Assembly (NCBI GenBank): GCA_964500415.1
Contig: CAZCOB010000001.1
Coordinates: forward strand, 136,267-200,266
From: an uncultured Dehalococcoidaceae bacterium
Lineage (GTDB): Bacteria; Chloroflexota; Dehalococcoidia; Dehalococcoidales; RBG-16-60-22
DNA: 64,000 nt
Direction of reading: 5' to 3'
Below the pieces are notes generated by a model, which saw only the letters and a list, made by a program, of their open reading frames with translations, did not search any database and was not told where the DNA came from. Below are positions 1-9,014 of the stretch, piece after piece. Both the position numbers and the translations under genes were made by a program. Numbering within the stretch: position 1 is the stretch's first letter; each line of letters starts with the position of its first letter.

Positions 1-220
1 CCTTGAGTAAAGGGTCGTCAATCACGTAGACTTTATCGGCACCCTGCGCAATGGCTGACTGGGACAGACTGCCGATATTGCTGCCGACCAGCACCGCCGC
101 CATCTCCTGACCGAGGTCGTCGGCCAGCTTTCTGCCGATGCCGAGTCCTTCTGTGGCAATGGGCAGGATTTTATCGCCCTTAACCTCACAGTAAACGGCT
201 ATTCCTTTATAATCGGCCAT
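1..220 (-). CDS. etfA: Electron transfer flavoprotein alpha subunit, N-terminal part (gene runs off the left edge)
   Basis: Not in ORF track (no stop in window). Reverse-strand ATG at 218-220 gives MADYKGIAVYCEVKGDKILPIATEGLGIGRKLADDLGQEMAAVLVGSNIG..., an EtfA-like N-terminus, 52 nt downstream of etfB. Confidence 0.8.
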   Translation of the reverse strand, partial: MADYKGIAVYCEVKGDKILPIATEGLGIGRKLADDLGQEMAAVLVGSNIGSLSQSAIAQGADKVYVIDDPLLK

Positions 221-272
221 TCTTTCTCTCCCCTATATTAATAATAAATTGTTAAAAACCTGTTAAAGAATA

Positions 273-1070
273 TTAGAGAATTTTGGCTTCCCTGAGTTTT
301 TGCGCCAGGTTTGCCGCCGCATCTTCCGGGTTGTCTCCCTCGGCGAATTCGCATTTACCCTCGTATACTGGCTGGAACAGCTTGCGTAGCTTCGTACGCT
401 GCCCGGCGCCCCCTACTTTTGAAGAATCGATATTTATATCGGCCGGTTTCCAGATTATCGGCTCGATTTTCTTGGCGGTCATGATTCCTTTGATGGTCGG
501 GTAACGCGGCTCGCCGATTTCGTTGCTGATGGTCATTACCGCCGGGATGGGTACTTCCATGACATCGTAGCCGTCCGAAGTCACCCTCTCTACCTTGGTT
601 TTACCGTCGGTAATATCAATCTTGCGTACTATGGTCACGCAAGGCAGTCCCAGCATCTCGGCGATGCCGGCCCCGGTCTGTCCGGCGTTGGTGTCCGAGG
701 CTTCGCGACCACACAGGACGAGGTCGTAGTCTCCTACTTTCTGGATGGCTGCGGCCAGTGCCGAGGCCGTCGACCAGCTGTCACCGCCGGTATAGGCTTC
801 GTCCTCCAGCAGGATAAGCTCGTCGGCGCCCATAGCCAGCGGCTTCTTTACCACTTCGCGCGAGTGCTTGACACCCAGGCTGATTACCGTGATTTTACCG
901 CCTTTGGCTTCTTTAATCTTCAAGGCTGCTTCTACCGCGAACTCTCCGTAGGGGTCGATTACCGGCGGCGCGCCGTGCATTTCGGCTTTGTTGCTGGCAG
1001 GGTCTATTTTAAAACTGCTCGGTGGCGCTTCAGGGTCGATGACCTGCTTGACACAAACGATTATATTCAT
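273..1070 (-). CDS. etfB: Electron transfer flavoprotein beta subunit
   Basis: 265 aa. MNIIVCVKQVIDPEAP... and DLVLCGREASD are typical EtfB; followed by etfA. Confidence 0.9.
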   Translation of the reverse strand: MNIIVCVKQVIDPEAPPSSFKIDPASNKAEMHGAPPVIDPYGEFAVEAALKIKEAKGGKITVISLGVKHSREVVKKPLAMGADELILLEDEAYTGGDSWSTASALAAAIQKVGDYDLVLCGREASDTNAGQTGAGIAEMLGLPCVTIVRKIDITDGKTKVERVTSDGYDVMEVPIPAVMTISNEIGEPRYPTIKGIMTAKKIEPIIWKPADINIDSSKVGGAGQRTKLRKLFQPVYEGKCEFAEGDNPEDAAANLAQKLREAKIL

Positions 1071-1151
1071 CTAAAAAATGTTCTCTTTCTAGAATTTTAT
1101 CGGAATACGACTGTAAGAAGACACCAGATTAATTTAGCATCATGCGGGAGA

Positions 1152-1991
1152 CTATGTCAAACGCAGGCAGATAACGCGCTCTATATCGGCCAAATCGTTT
1201 TCTATTTCAACCCGTGCCGAAGTGAAATTTTCCCGTAAAAGGGAGGTTGCGGCTTCCGCCTGCCCCTGCCCTATTTCTATCAGAATAAAGCCGTTACGGC
1301 GGAGTTTATTACCTGCCTGCCGGCTCAGAGCTCTTATCCTGTCCAGCCCGTCTTTACCTCCGTTCAACGCCAGCGCCGGCTCATAGCTCAATGGACCGCC
1401 GGGGGATAAATCTGTTTCTCTGACGTACGGCAGGTTGGCGATTATCAGGTCGACAGGTTCAGGCAGGGGTTCCAGCATATTGCCTTCCAGAAGGATAACC
1501 CTGTCGGCCGCGCCGTGTTTTTTAAGATTAGACCGGGCGACTTCCAGCGCCGCGGCCGATACGTCGGTGGCGTAAACGGTGACTGCCGGGAGGTTTACCG
1601 CCAGGCTTACGGCGATGGCGCCGCAGCCGGTGCCGATATCGGCAATACGGGAGATATCGTGGACCTGAGTCAGGGAAATAGCTTTTTCAATCAGCCGTTC
1701 GGTTTCCGGTCGGGGTATCAGGACATTGCGGTTTATAATGAAATCGAAGCCGTAGAACTCGCGGTGTCCGGTAATATAGGCCGAGGGTTCCCCCTGAATG
1801 CGGCGTTCCAGTAATTTTTTCAGGGATTCCTCTTGCGGGGGTAACATATCCCGGTCAATGTCCGCATAAAGCTGGACACGGTCTATCCCCAGTACGTGTC
1901 TCAGGAGAATCTCGCTTTCGAGCGATGCGTCGCTGATGCTGCTGTCTGCCAGAATGCCGCGGGCGTACGCTAAAGCCTGTCTGAGGTTCAC
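1152..1991 (-). CDS. prmC: Release-factor glutamine N5-methyltransferase (HemK/PrmC)
   Basis: 279 aa. SAM motif DIGTGCGAI, NPPY-like IIANLPYV; GTG start overlaps the prfA stop by 4 nt (classic prfA-prmC coupling). Confidence 0.85.
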   Translation of the reverse strand: MNLRQALAYARGILADSSISDASLESEILLRHVLGIDRVQLYADIDRDMLPPQEESLKKLLERRIQGEPSAYITGHREFYGFDFIINRNVLIPRPETERLIEKAISLTQVHDISRIADIGTGCGAIAVSLAVNLPAVTVYATDVSAAALEVARSNLKKHGAADRVILLEGNMLEPLPEPVDLIIANLPYVRETDLSPGGPLSYEPALALNGGKDGLDRIRALSRQAGNKLRRNGFILIEIGQGQAEAATSLLRENFTSARVEIENDLADIERVICLRLT

Positions 1992-3061
1992 ACCGCCTGT
2001 TCCTCGAGTTGTTCTGCCTGCTCGGCGGCAGTCAGAGCTTTGATAAGGTCATCCAGCTCGCCCTCCATGAACGCGGGCAGGTTATGCAGGTTGAGATTGA
2101 TGCGGTGGTCGGTGATGCGGTCCTGGGGGTAGTTGTACGTCCTTATCTTTTCAGCGCGTTCACCCGTACCGACCTGCGAGCGCCGCCGGGAGGTTATTTG
2201 CTCCTCCTGTTTACGCCGCTCTATATCCAGGAGGCGCGTGCGGAGCACGGACAGGGCTTTTATCTTATTCTGGAGCTGGGAGCGTTCGTCCTGGCAGACG
2301 ACGACCATTCCCGTGGGCAGGTGAGTCACACGGATGGCCGTGGCCACCTTATTAACGTTCTGCCCCCCGGCCCCGCCGCTGTGAAAAACGTCGATTTTAA
2401 GGTCATCCGGGTTAATATTGATATCTACCTCTTCTGCCTTGGGGAGAACGGCCACCGTCGCCGTGGAGGTATGGATTCTGCCGGAGGCCTCGGTGATGGG
2501 CACGCGCTGGACGCGGTGGACACCGCTCTCGTATTTCAGGCGACGGTAAGCGCCCTTGCCTTTTATCTCGAAGACGATTTCTTTAAAGCCCCCGATGCCG
2601 CTTTCGCTCAGGCTGAGGATATCGGTCTTAAAGCCGCGACTCTGAGCATATCTGGTGTACATCCGAAAGAGGTCGGCGGCAAAGAGCGCGGCTTCGTTGC
2701 CCCCCGTCCCCGCCCGGATTTCCATGATGATATCCTTCTCTTCGTTGGGGTCTTTAGGCAGCAGAGCTACCCTGAGTTTCTCAGTCAGTACGTTGAGTTC
2801 TGTCTCCAGAGATTCGATTTCCTGCCTGGCCAGGTCAGCCATCTCTTCGTCGAGGTCATCTTCCTGCATTGACCTGGTCTCTTCCAGCGACTTCTGGACG
2901 GCCTTATATTTCCGGTAGTCCTTTACGATTTCTTCGATGGTTGCCCTTTCCTGAGCCAGCGTCTGCAGCTGTGTGAGGTCGGTCGCTATCTCCGGCCGGG
3001 CCATCTTCTCATCGAGCTCCCGGTAACGCTTCTCGATTTTTTCAAGTTGTTGTATCATCAT
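1988..3061 (-). CDS. prfA: Peptide chain release factor 1
   Basis: 357 aa. GGQ motif (HSGGAGGQNVNKV) and the RF1-type PxT tripeptide (VPIT). Confidence 0.95.
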   Translation of the reverse strand: MMIQQLEKIEKRYRELDEKMARPEIATDLTQLQTLAQERATIEEIVKDYRKYKAVQKSLEETRSMQEDDLDEEMADLARQEIESLETELNVLTEKLRVALLPKDPNEEKDIIMEIRAGTGGNEAALFAADLFRMYTRYAQSRGFKTDILSLSESGIGGFKEIVFEIKGKGAYRRLKYESGVHRVQRVPITEASGRIHTSTATVAVLPKAEEVDININPDDLKIDVFHSGGAGGQNVNKVATAIRVTHLPTGMVVVCQDERSQLQNKIKALSVLRTRLLDIERRKQEEQITSRRRSQVGTGERAEKIRTYNYPQDRITDHRINLNLHNLPAFMEGELDDLIKALTAAEQAEQLEEQAV

Positions 3062-3120
3062 ACGCCATTCCCTTAATAGAATTATAACACAGCGTCAGAT
3101 AGCGCTCCAAGCTGGTTAAA

Positions 3121-3150
3121 TTGACAATTTTCGGTCAAATACACTATAAT
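3121..3150 (+). promoter_or_regulatory. Near-consensus sigma70-type promoter upstream of the acyl-CoA synthetase
   Basis: TTGACA (3121-3126), 18-nt spacer, TATAAT (3145-3150); leaves a ~110-nt leader before the ATG at 3265. Confidence 0.5.
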
Positions 3151-3264
3151 CAAGCGTGCCCGTCATGCCAGCAAGTGGCAATCGTGAGATATGTTTGAAT
3201 AATGCAGGTTCGTGTTCGCTGAATTCTTGTTGTTTATATATTCGGGCTAGAAGGAGCTGACAGT

Positions 3265-4839
3265 ATGACTATAACGGAGATACTTGCCAGAAATGCCAGA
3301 CTAACTCCTGATTCAATAGCGTTGACAGAGATAACCCCGAGCCAGAACTTAAGGAGAGAGATAACCTGGAAAGAGTTCGACGACAATGCCAATCGCGTCG
3401 CCAATGCCCTTATCGCCAGAGGCATCAAGAAAGGCGATATCGTTGTACACCTGATGATGAATTCCATAAAATGGCTGGAGGCGTATTTCGGCATATTGAA
3501 GACCGGCGCCATGGCCGCGCCTCTCAATTTCAGGTTTATCAGTCGCCAGATTAAGTACTGTATCGATATCGCCGAGCCTAAAATTATTATGCTGGACCAG
3601 AGTTTTACCGAGCGGGTTGAGGAAATCCGCGGTGAGATGCCGACGGTTAAGCACTATATCTTTGTGGGCGATGAGTTGCCAAAGGATATGGAAGCTTATG
3701 ACGAGGTGCTGGCGAAGTCTTCACCGGTGCCGCCGGGCATAGAGCTTACCAGTGAAGACGAAGCCGGACTCTACTTTACCTCCGGCACCACCGGCGACCC
3801 GAAAGCCACGTGCCTGTGTCACCGCAGCCTGGAACATACCGCCGTTAACGAGAACTTCTCCCACCGTGAAACCCGGAAAGACTGTTTCCTCCTCATCCAG
3901 CCACTGTACCATACCGGCGGTAAAATGCACTGGTTCGGCAGCCTGATTGCCGGCGGCCGGGCTGCCATGACCACCGGCGGCGAGAGGGTTACGGCGAAAC
4001 TGATACTGGAAACCATCAATAAAGAAAAGATAACCATCTGCATGCTGCTGGTGCCCTGGCTCCAGGATATCGTCACCGCCCTCGATAGGGGCGATTTGAA
4101 ATTATCCGATTATGACGTCAGTTCCCTGCGGCTGGTCCATTCCGGCGCGCAGCCTATCCCGCCGGTACTCGTACGGCGTTTCATGGAGTACTTCCCGGAC
4201 ATCGATTACGAAGAAAACTACGGGCTTACGGAGTCGGCCGGACCCTGCATGCACCTCGGCCTGGAGAATTTCCATAAACTCGGTTCTTTCGGATACCCGC
4301 GGATAAATTTAGATGCGCGGGTTGTTGACGATAAGGGTAACGATGTTCCGGCAGGCGGCGTCGGTGAGATGATTATCAAGGGCGCGAATATAATGAAATG
4401 CTATTACAAGAACCCCGAAAAGACCGCCGAAACTCTCCGAGACGGCTGGCTTTATACCGGCGACCTGGTGAGGCAGGACAAAGAGGGATTTATCTCTTAC
4501 ATCGATAGGAAGAAGGACTTGATTATCAGCGGCGGAGAGAATATCTTCCCCGTCGACTTGGAAGCCGTCATTATCGGCCAGCCCAAAATCAAGGACGTGG
4601 CTATCATCGGTATTCCTGACGACAGGTACGGCGAGATAGTCGCCGCCATCGTTCAGCCTAAAGAGGGCGTCGACCTAACCGAGGAAGAAATACGCACCTT
4701 TTATGAGGCGCAGTTGCCCAAGTATGCCTGGCCCAGGATTATTATCTTCGGTGACGTGCCGCGCAATCCGACCGGTAAGATTGAAAAACCCAAGCTGAGA
4801 GACCGCTACGCCGATGTAAGATGGAATCCCAAGGGTTGA
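3265..4839 (+). CDS. AMP-dependent acyl-CoA synthetase/ligase
   Basis: 524 aa. AMP-binding signature YFTSGTTGDPKA, later YTGDL and GKIEKPKLR; RBS GAAGGAG upstream. Confidence 0.85.
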   Translation: MTITEILARNARLTPDSIALTEITPSQNLRREITWKEFDDNANRVANALIARGIKKGDIVVHLMMNSIKWLEAYFGILKTGAMAAPLNFRFISRQIKYCIDIAEPKIIMLDQSFTERVEEIRGEMPTVKHYIFVGDELPKDMEAYDEVLAKSSPVPPGIELTSEDEAGLYFTSGTTGDPKATCLCHRSLEHTAVNENFSHRETRKDCFLLIQPLYHTGGKMHWFGSLIAGGRAAMTTGGERVTAKLILETINKEKITICMLLVPWLQDIVTALDRGDLKLSDYDVSSLRLVHSGAQPIPPVLVRRFMEYFPDIDYEENYGLTESAGPCMHLGLENFHKLGSFGYPRINLDARVVDDKGNDVPAGGVGEMIIKGANIMKCYYKNPEKTAETLRDGWLYTGDLVRQDKEGFISYIDRKKDLIISGGENIFPVDLEAVIIGQPKIKDVAIIGIPDDRYGEIVAAIVQPKEGVDLTEEEIRTFYEAQLPKYAWPRIIIFGDVPRNPTGKIEKPKLRDRYADVRWNPKG

Positions 4840-4887
4840 TTAATTTAATGGGATTACAAAAATATTTCAGTCAGTAGGAGTAGAGCA

Positions 4888-5313
4888 ATGGATTTCAAAG
4901 AGTGTGTTGATTTCGCTAACGAGAACAAGACATGCTACCTGGCCACCGTGGACGGTGACCAGCCTCGGGTCAGGGCTATGGGGATGCATTATGCCGATGA
5001 AACTGGATTCTATTTCAATACCGAATCTACAAAAGCTCTGGCCAAACAGCTGGAGAAGAACCAGAAGGTAGAAATGTGTTTCTTCGCCCAGGGCAAGGTG
5101 TTGAGAATCTCCGGGAAGATAGAGTATATCGATGATACTGATATCAGGAAGAGATTTTATGAGGAAAGGGGTTTTCTTAAGGAGATAGGCGTCAAAGGCC
5201 CGGAAGACCCTTTCCTGGTAGTGTTTGCCCTGCGTAAAGGCGAGGCTTTTATCTGGACATTTGCCGATAACCTCAAAGAGGCGGATATTCCCAGGGTAAG
5301 GTTTGGCGAATAA
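4888..5313 (+). CDS. Pyridoxamine 5'-phosphate oxidase-like FMN-binding protein
   Basis: 141 aa. CYLATVDGDQPRVRAMG...FYFNT pattern of the PNPOx split-barrel family. Confidence 0.6.
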   Translation: MDFKECVDFANENKTCYLATVDGDQPRVRAMGMHYADETGFYFNTESTKALAKQLEKNQKVEMCFFAQGKVLRISGKIEYIDDTDIRKRFYEERGFLKEIGVKGPEDPFLVVFALRKGEAFIWTFADNLKEADIPRVRFGE

Positions 5314-5340
5314 CCAACCGCTCTTAAGGAGGGAGATAAC

Positions 5341-5775
5341 ATGGCCGAAGGCAAGTACGGGAAATATTTTTTTAAGAACCCGATAGCGGAGGGCAAGTTC
5401 GTCCCCAGACTGGCCTTTTTCAGCCGACAGCATGAAGAAGTCGGCGAAAAAGACTTCTCCGTATTATTGAACTGCATCACCGAGCCGTTTCTCATGGTCA
5501 CCGAGCCCCATTCCCATGATTTCGACCAGTTCCTGCATTTTTACGGGGCCAACTCGCTGGATATTACCGAATTCGACGCCGTGGTCGAGATGTCGCTGGG
5601 AGAGGAGGTCGAGAAACACATCATCACCGAGCCCACCGTTCTTTACATCCCCAGTGGCATGATTCACTGTCCGCTAAACTTTAGAGTGGTCAATAAGCCG
5701 GTAATATTCATGAATGTAGCGCTAACACCGGAGTACGTCAAGGAGCCCCCCTCGTCGCCCTCTCCGAAACCGTAA
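5341..5775 (+). CDS. Cupin-like hypothetical protein
   Basis: 144 aa. EPHSHDFDQFLHFYG and YIPSGMIHCPLN resemble the two cupin motifs; RBS GGAGGGAG upstream. Confidence 0.5.
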   Translation: MAEGKYGKYFFKNPIAEGKFVPRLAFFSRQHEEVGEKDFSVLLNCITEPFLMVTEPHSHDFDQFLHFYGANSLDITEFDAVVEMSLGEEVEKHIITEPTVLYIPSGMIHCPLNFRVVNKPVIFMNVALTPEYVKEPPSSPSPKP

Positions 5776-5874
5776 TTAGCGGCGGTGCATGGGGTTCTGT
5801 CTTGTAGCTATAGACAATACGCTCGTTTTCGTATATAATTTTTAAGTAACAATGACCACAAATGACTTATTATC

Positions 5875-5914
5875 GTAGAGCAGGAGTCGATATACCCCTG
5901 CTCTACTATTTTTA
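5875..5914 (+). terminator. Rho-independent terminator
   Basis: GTAGAGCAGG (5875-5884) / CCTGCTCTAC (5897-5906), 12-nt loop, then TATTTTTATT. Confidence 0.55.
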
Positions 5915-6031
5915 TTATCAATATTCAAAATAAGCCGGGCGGGTCGGGTTGACGGTAAAACAAACGGCTTGCCGGGAAGTATAAAAAAGATAATACTTGA
6001 GCTGTTTTTGCTCTACTAGAAAAGGGGGAAA

Positions 6032-8170
6032 ATGCTACCAGGAATATTTTGGATTGTCCCCGCGGCCGGGGTAATCACGGTTATATTCGCCATAATACTA
6101 GCCAGGAACGTCCTCAAGCGTCCCACGGGAACACCTAAAATGAAGGAAATCGGCGATATTATCTTTCAGGGTGCCTGGGCATTTCTCAAGCGCCAGTACA
6201 GCACCATTTCAATCTACTCGTTTGTAATCGCCATCATCATCGGCGTTCTGGTAGGCGTGCTGGGCGGGACCGAGGTGGAGGGCATGAGCGCGCTTGATAT
6301 CGGCTGGCGCACGGGGGTTGCCTTTTTAGTGGGCGCTTTCTGCTCCGGTCTGGCCGGTTTTATCGGTATGTTCATTGCGGTAAAGTCGAACGTCCGCTGT
6401 GCTGCCGCCGCGCAGCATAGTCTTACGGAGGCGGTCAACGTAGCCCTTCGCGGCGGTGCCGTCTCCGGATTTCTTATCACCGCGCTTAGCCTTATCGGCG
6501 TTACCGTTATCTTCTTTGCCTACGGCGGCAACAATACGCCGGAAATTTCACCTCACCTGATTGTCGGCTTCGGTTTCGGCGCCAGCTTCGTGGCGCTGTT
6601 CGCCCAGCTTGGCGGCGGTATCTACACCAAGGCGGCTGATGTCGGCGCCGACCTTGTAGGCAAGGTCGAGTCTGGAATACCGGAGGACGACCCGCGTAAC
6701 CCCGCCGTAATCGCTGACCTCGTCGGCGATAATGTCGGCGACTGTGCCGGCCGTGGCGCAGACCTTTTTGAGTCCACCGCCGCCGAGAATATCGGGGCGA
6801 TGATACTGGGTATCGCCGCTTATCTCGCCACGAACAACATAGCCTGGATCCTGTTCCCGCTCTGCGTCCGTGGTTTCGGTATGATTGCCAGCATGATCGG
6901 GCTGCTCTGCGTTAAGGCTAAAGAGAACGAGAACGCCATGAACGCCCTCAACCGCGGCTATTTCGTGTCTATCGGCTTTTCCGTAGTCGGTCTCGCCGTT
7001 ACCGTTTATTTCATGCTGGATAACTGGTGGCTCTTCGGGGCCGGCATGGTCGGTATCATTGCCAGCGTTGTCATTGTGTTCATCACCCAGTACTACACCG
7101 AGGCGCGTTACAAACCGGTGCAGGAGATTGCGGAAGCGTCCAAGACCGGCCCGGCCACCAACATCATCATGGGGATGTCCGTAGGCTTTTCGACGACTTT
7201 TGCCACGGCACTCGTTATCGGCATCGCCCTCCTGCTGTCTTACTGGCTGGGTAACGAGAGCGGCGTACATGGCGCCGGTGCCTTCGGCACGGCGGTAGCC
7301 ACGATGGGTATGCTGATGACCTGTCCTTACGTTCTGTCCATGGATACCTTCGGGCCGATTACCGATAACGCCAACGGCATTAATGAAATGGCGGGTGCCG
7401 GACCCGAAATACGCCGGATAACCGACCGCCTGGATGCCGTCGGCAATACCACCAAGGCCCTTACCAAGGGCTATGCCATGGTCTCCGCCGGTCTGGCGGC
7501 TTTCCTGCTCTTCCAGGCTTACCTGGACAGGGTCTCCTTTATCAAGTTCGGGGAAAGCGGACTGTATACTGTCGTTGACATCGCCCGCATCGAGGTCTTC
7601 GTCGGGGCGCTGCTGGCGGTAATGATTGTCTATCTCTTCAGCGCCTGGGCTATCAAGGCCGTCGGTAAGACTGCCTCCAAGATTATCGAGGAGGTGCGCC
7701 GCCAGTTCAAGGCCGACCCTGGCATTCTGGCGGGAACATCCAAGCCCGATTATGCCCGCGCGGTGGATATCACCACCCGCGCCGGACTCAGGGAGATGAT
7801 AGCTCCCGGCCTGCTGCCGGTGCTGGGCCCGATAGTCATCGGCGTAATTTTCCGCTACCTGCCGGGCGGCTATGATGCCGCCATGGTGGTGGCGGCGGTG
7901 CTGATGGTGGGCACCATCGGCGGTATCATGATGGCGTCGTTCATGAACAACGGCGGCGGCGCCTGGGATAACGCCAAGAAGATGATTGAGGACGGGCAGC
8001 TTAAAGACGAAAGCGGAGCAGTCCTGGGTAAGGGGACTCTCGCTCACGCGGCGGCGGTTGTCGGCGACACTGTCGGCGACCCTCTCAAGGATACCGCCGG
8101 GCCTTCGCTGCACGTTCTGGTAAAACTCCTGGCCACCATCACGCTGGTGATGTGCCCGCTGTTTATTTAG
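6032..8170 (+). CDS. hppA: Membrane-integral pyrophosphatase, K+-independent signature
   Basis: 712 aa polytopic. [23 protein letters not shown], and DAVGNTTKALTKGYA (Lys/Thr pair). Confidence 0.9.
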   Translation: MLPGIFWIVPAAGVITVIFAIILARNVLKRPTGTPKMKEIGDIIFQGAWAFLKRQYSTISIYSFVIAIIIGVLVGVLGGTEVEGMSALDIGWRTGVAFLVGAFCSGLAGFIGMFIAVKSNVRCAAAAQHSLTEAVNVALRGGAVSGFLITALSLIGVTVIFFAYGGNNTPEISPHLIVGFGFGASFVALFAQLGGGIYTKAADVGADLVGKVESGIPEDDPRNPAVIADLVGDNVGDCAGRGADLFESTAAENIGAMILGIAAYLATNNIAWILFPLCVRGFGMIASMIGLLCVKAKENENAMNALNRGYFVSIGFSVVGLAVTVYFMLDNWWLFGAGMVGIIASVVIVFITQYYTEARYKPVQEIAEASKTGPATNIIMGMSVGFSTTFATALVIGIALLLSYWLGNESGVHGAGAFGTAVATMGMLMTCPYVLSMDTFGPITDNANGINEMAGAGPEIRRITDRLDAVGNTTKALTKGYAMVSAGLAAFLLFQAYLDRVSFIKFGESGLYTVVDIARIEVFVGALLAVMIVYLFSAWAIKAVGKTASKIIEEVRRQFKADPGILAGTSKPDYARAVDITTRAGLREMIAPGLLPVLGPIVIGVIFRYLPGGYDAAMVVAAVLMVGTIGGIMMASFMNNGGGAWDNAKKMIEDGQLKDESGAVLGKGTLAHAAAVVGDTVGDPLKDTAGPSLHVLVKLLATITLVMCPLFI

Positions 8171-8196
8171 GTATAAACTGCTTACTTTAAAAGTAT

Positions 8197-8237
8197 AAGG
8201 GGCATGATTTATAGAGGTCATGCCCCTTATTTGTTTT
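8197..8237. terminator. Hairpin terminator between convergent genes
   Basis: AAGGGGCATGA (8197-8207) / TCATGCCCCTT (8218-8228), followed by ATTTGTTTT. Confidence 0.5.
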
Positions 8238-8243
8238 CGATTC

Positions 8244-8858
8244 TTATTTCAGAAAAGGATTGGCCCGTTTCTCCGTGCTGATGGTGGAGTCCGGGCCGTG
8301 GCCGGGATGGACGACAGTCTCCGGGGGCAGCGTCAGCAGCTTGGTACGGATGCTATTAATAAGCTGGTCGTAGTCACCGTCGATGAGGTCGTACCGGCCG
8401 ATGCCGTAGTTGAAGAGCGTGTCCCCGGTAAAAACATGCCCTTCCCCCACGATGCTGATGCCGCAGGGGGTGTGACCAGGCGTGTGCAGCACTTTAAAAT
8501 GAAGGTTGCCTATTTCTATTTCATCGCCTTCTTCAAGGATGCGTTCCGGCTTGGGGGCACCCTCAAAGGGCGACTCGTATACGTAGTCCGGCGACTGGGG
8601 CAGATATTTAGCGCATTCAGCGTGAGATGCTAATGGAGCTTTGGTGGCTTTTTTGACCTGCGCCGACGCCCCGACATGGTCCGGGTGTCGATGAGTTAAC
8701 ACGATAAGCTTTATCGTTAACCCCAGCTTCTCGACAGCCCGCAGGATATCTTCAGCCTGTGCACCGGGGTCGATTATCATGCCTTCCCCGGTCGCCTCCG
8801 AGCCGATAATATAACAGTTGCTGGCGTAAGGCCCGACTACCAGTTTCCTGACTATCAT
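8244..8858 (-). CDS. MBL-fold hydrolase (glyoxalase II-like)
   Basis: 204 aa. HxHxDH motif LTHRHPDHVG, later HTPGHTPG. Confidence 0.85.
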   Translation of the reverse strand: MIVRKLVVGPYASNCYIIGSEATGEGMIIDPGAQAEDILRAVEKLGLTIKLIVLTHRHPDHVGASAQVKKATKAPLASHAECAKYLPQSPDYVYESPFEGAPKPERILEEGDEIEIGNLHFKVLHTPGHTPCGISIVGEGHVFTGDTLFNYGIGRYDLIDGDYDQLINSIRTKLLTLPPETVVHPGHGPDSTISTEKRANPFLK

Positions 8859-9014
8859 TGCAACCTCCGGGTATCAAGTTTGATATTAAATAGTATACCC
8901 GAACTTCAGATAATTTTCATTCGGCTCCGCACGGTTTACCACTTGCGCTATTTTCACACTATACGTTAAACTTACAATAAGAAGTTTCTTCACGTACTTG
9001 TTAGGGAGCCGGAT

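Noticed and set aside
1988-3061. Programmed +1 frameshift, as in prfB.
   Set aside because: The gene is RF1 (PxT motif, prmC downstream) and is a single uninterrupted ORF.
6548-8221. 557-aa ORF on the minus strand, antisense to the first pyrophosphatase gene. Similar long antisense ORFs occur at 13972-14778, 14591-15301, 15543-16286, 19578-20279, 38729-39388, 39407-40159 and 60940-61554.
   Set aside because: These are shadow ORFs typical of GC-rich coding DNA. The translations are low-complexity and Arg/Gly/His-rich with no family resemblance, and the opposite strand encodes clearly recognisable conserved proteins.
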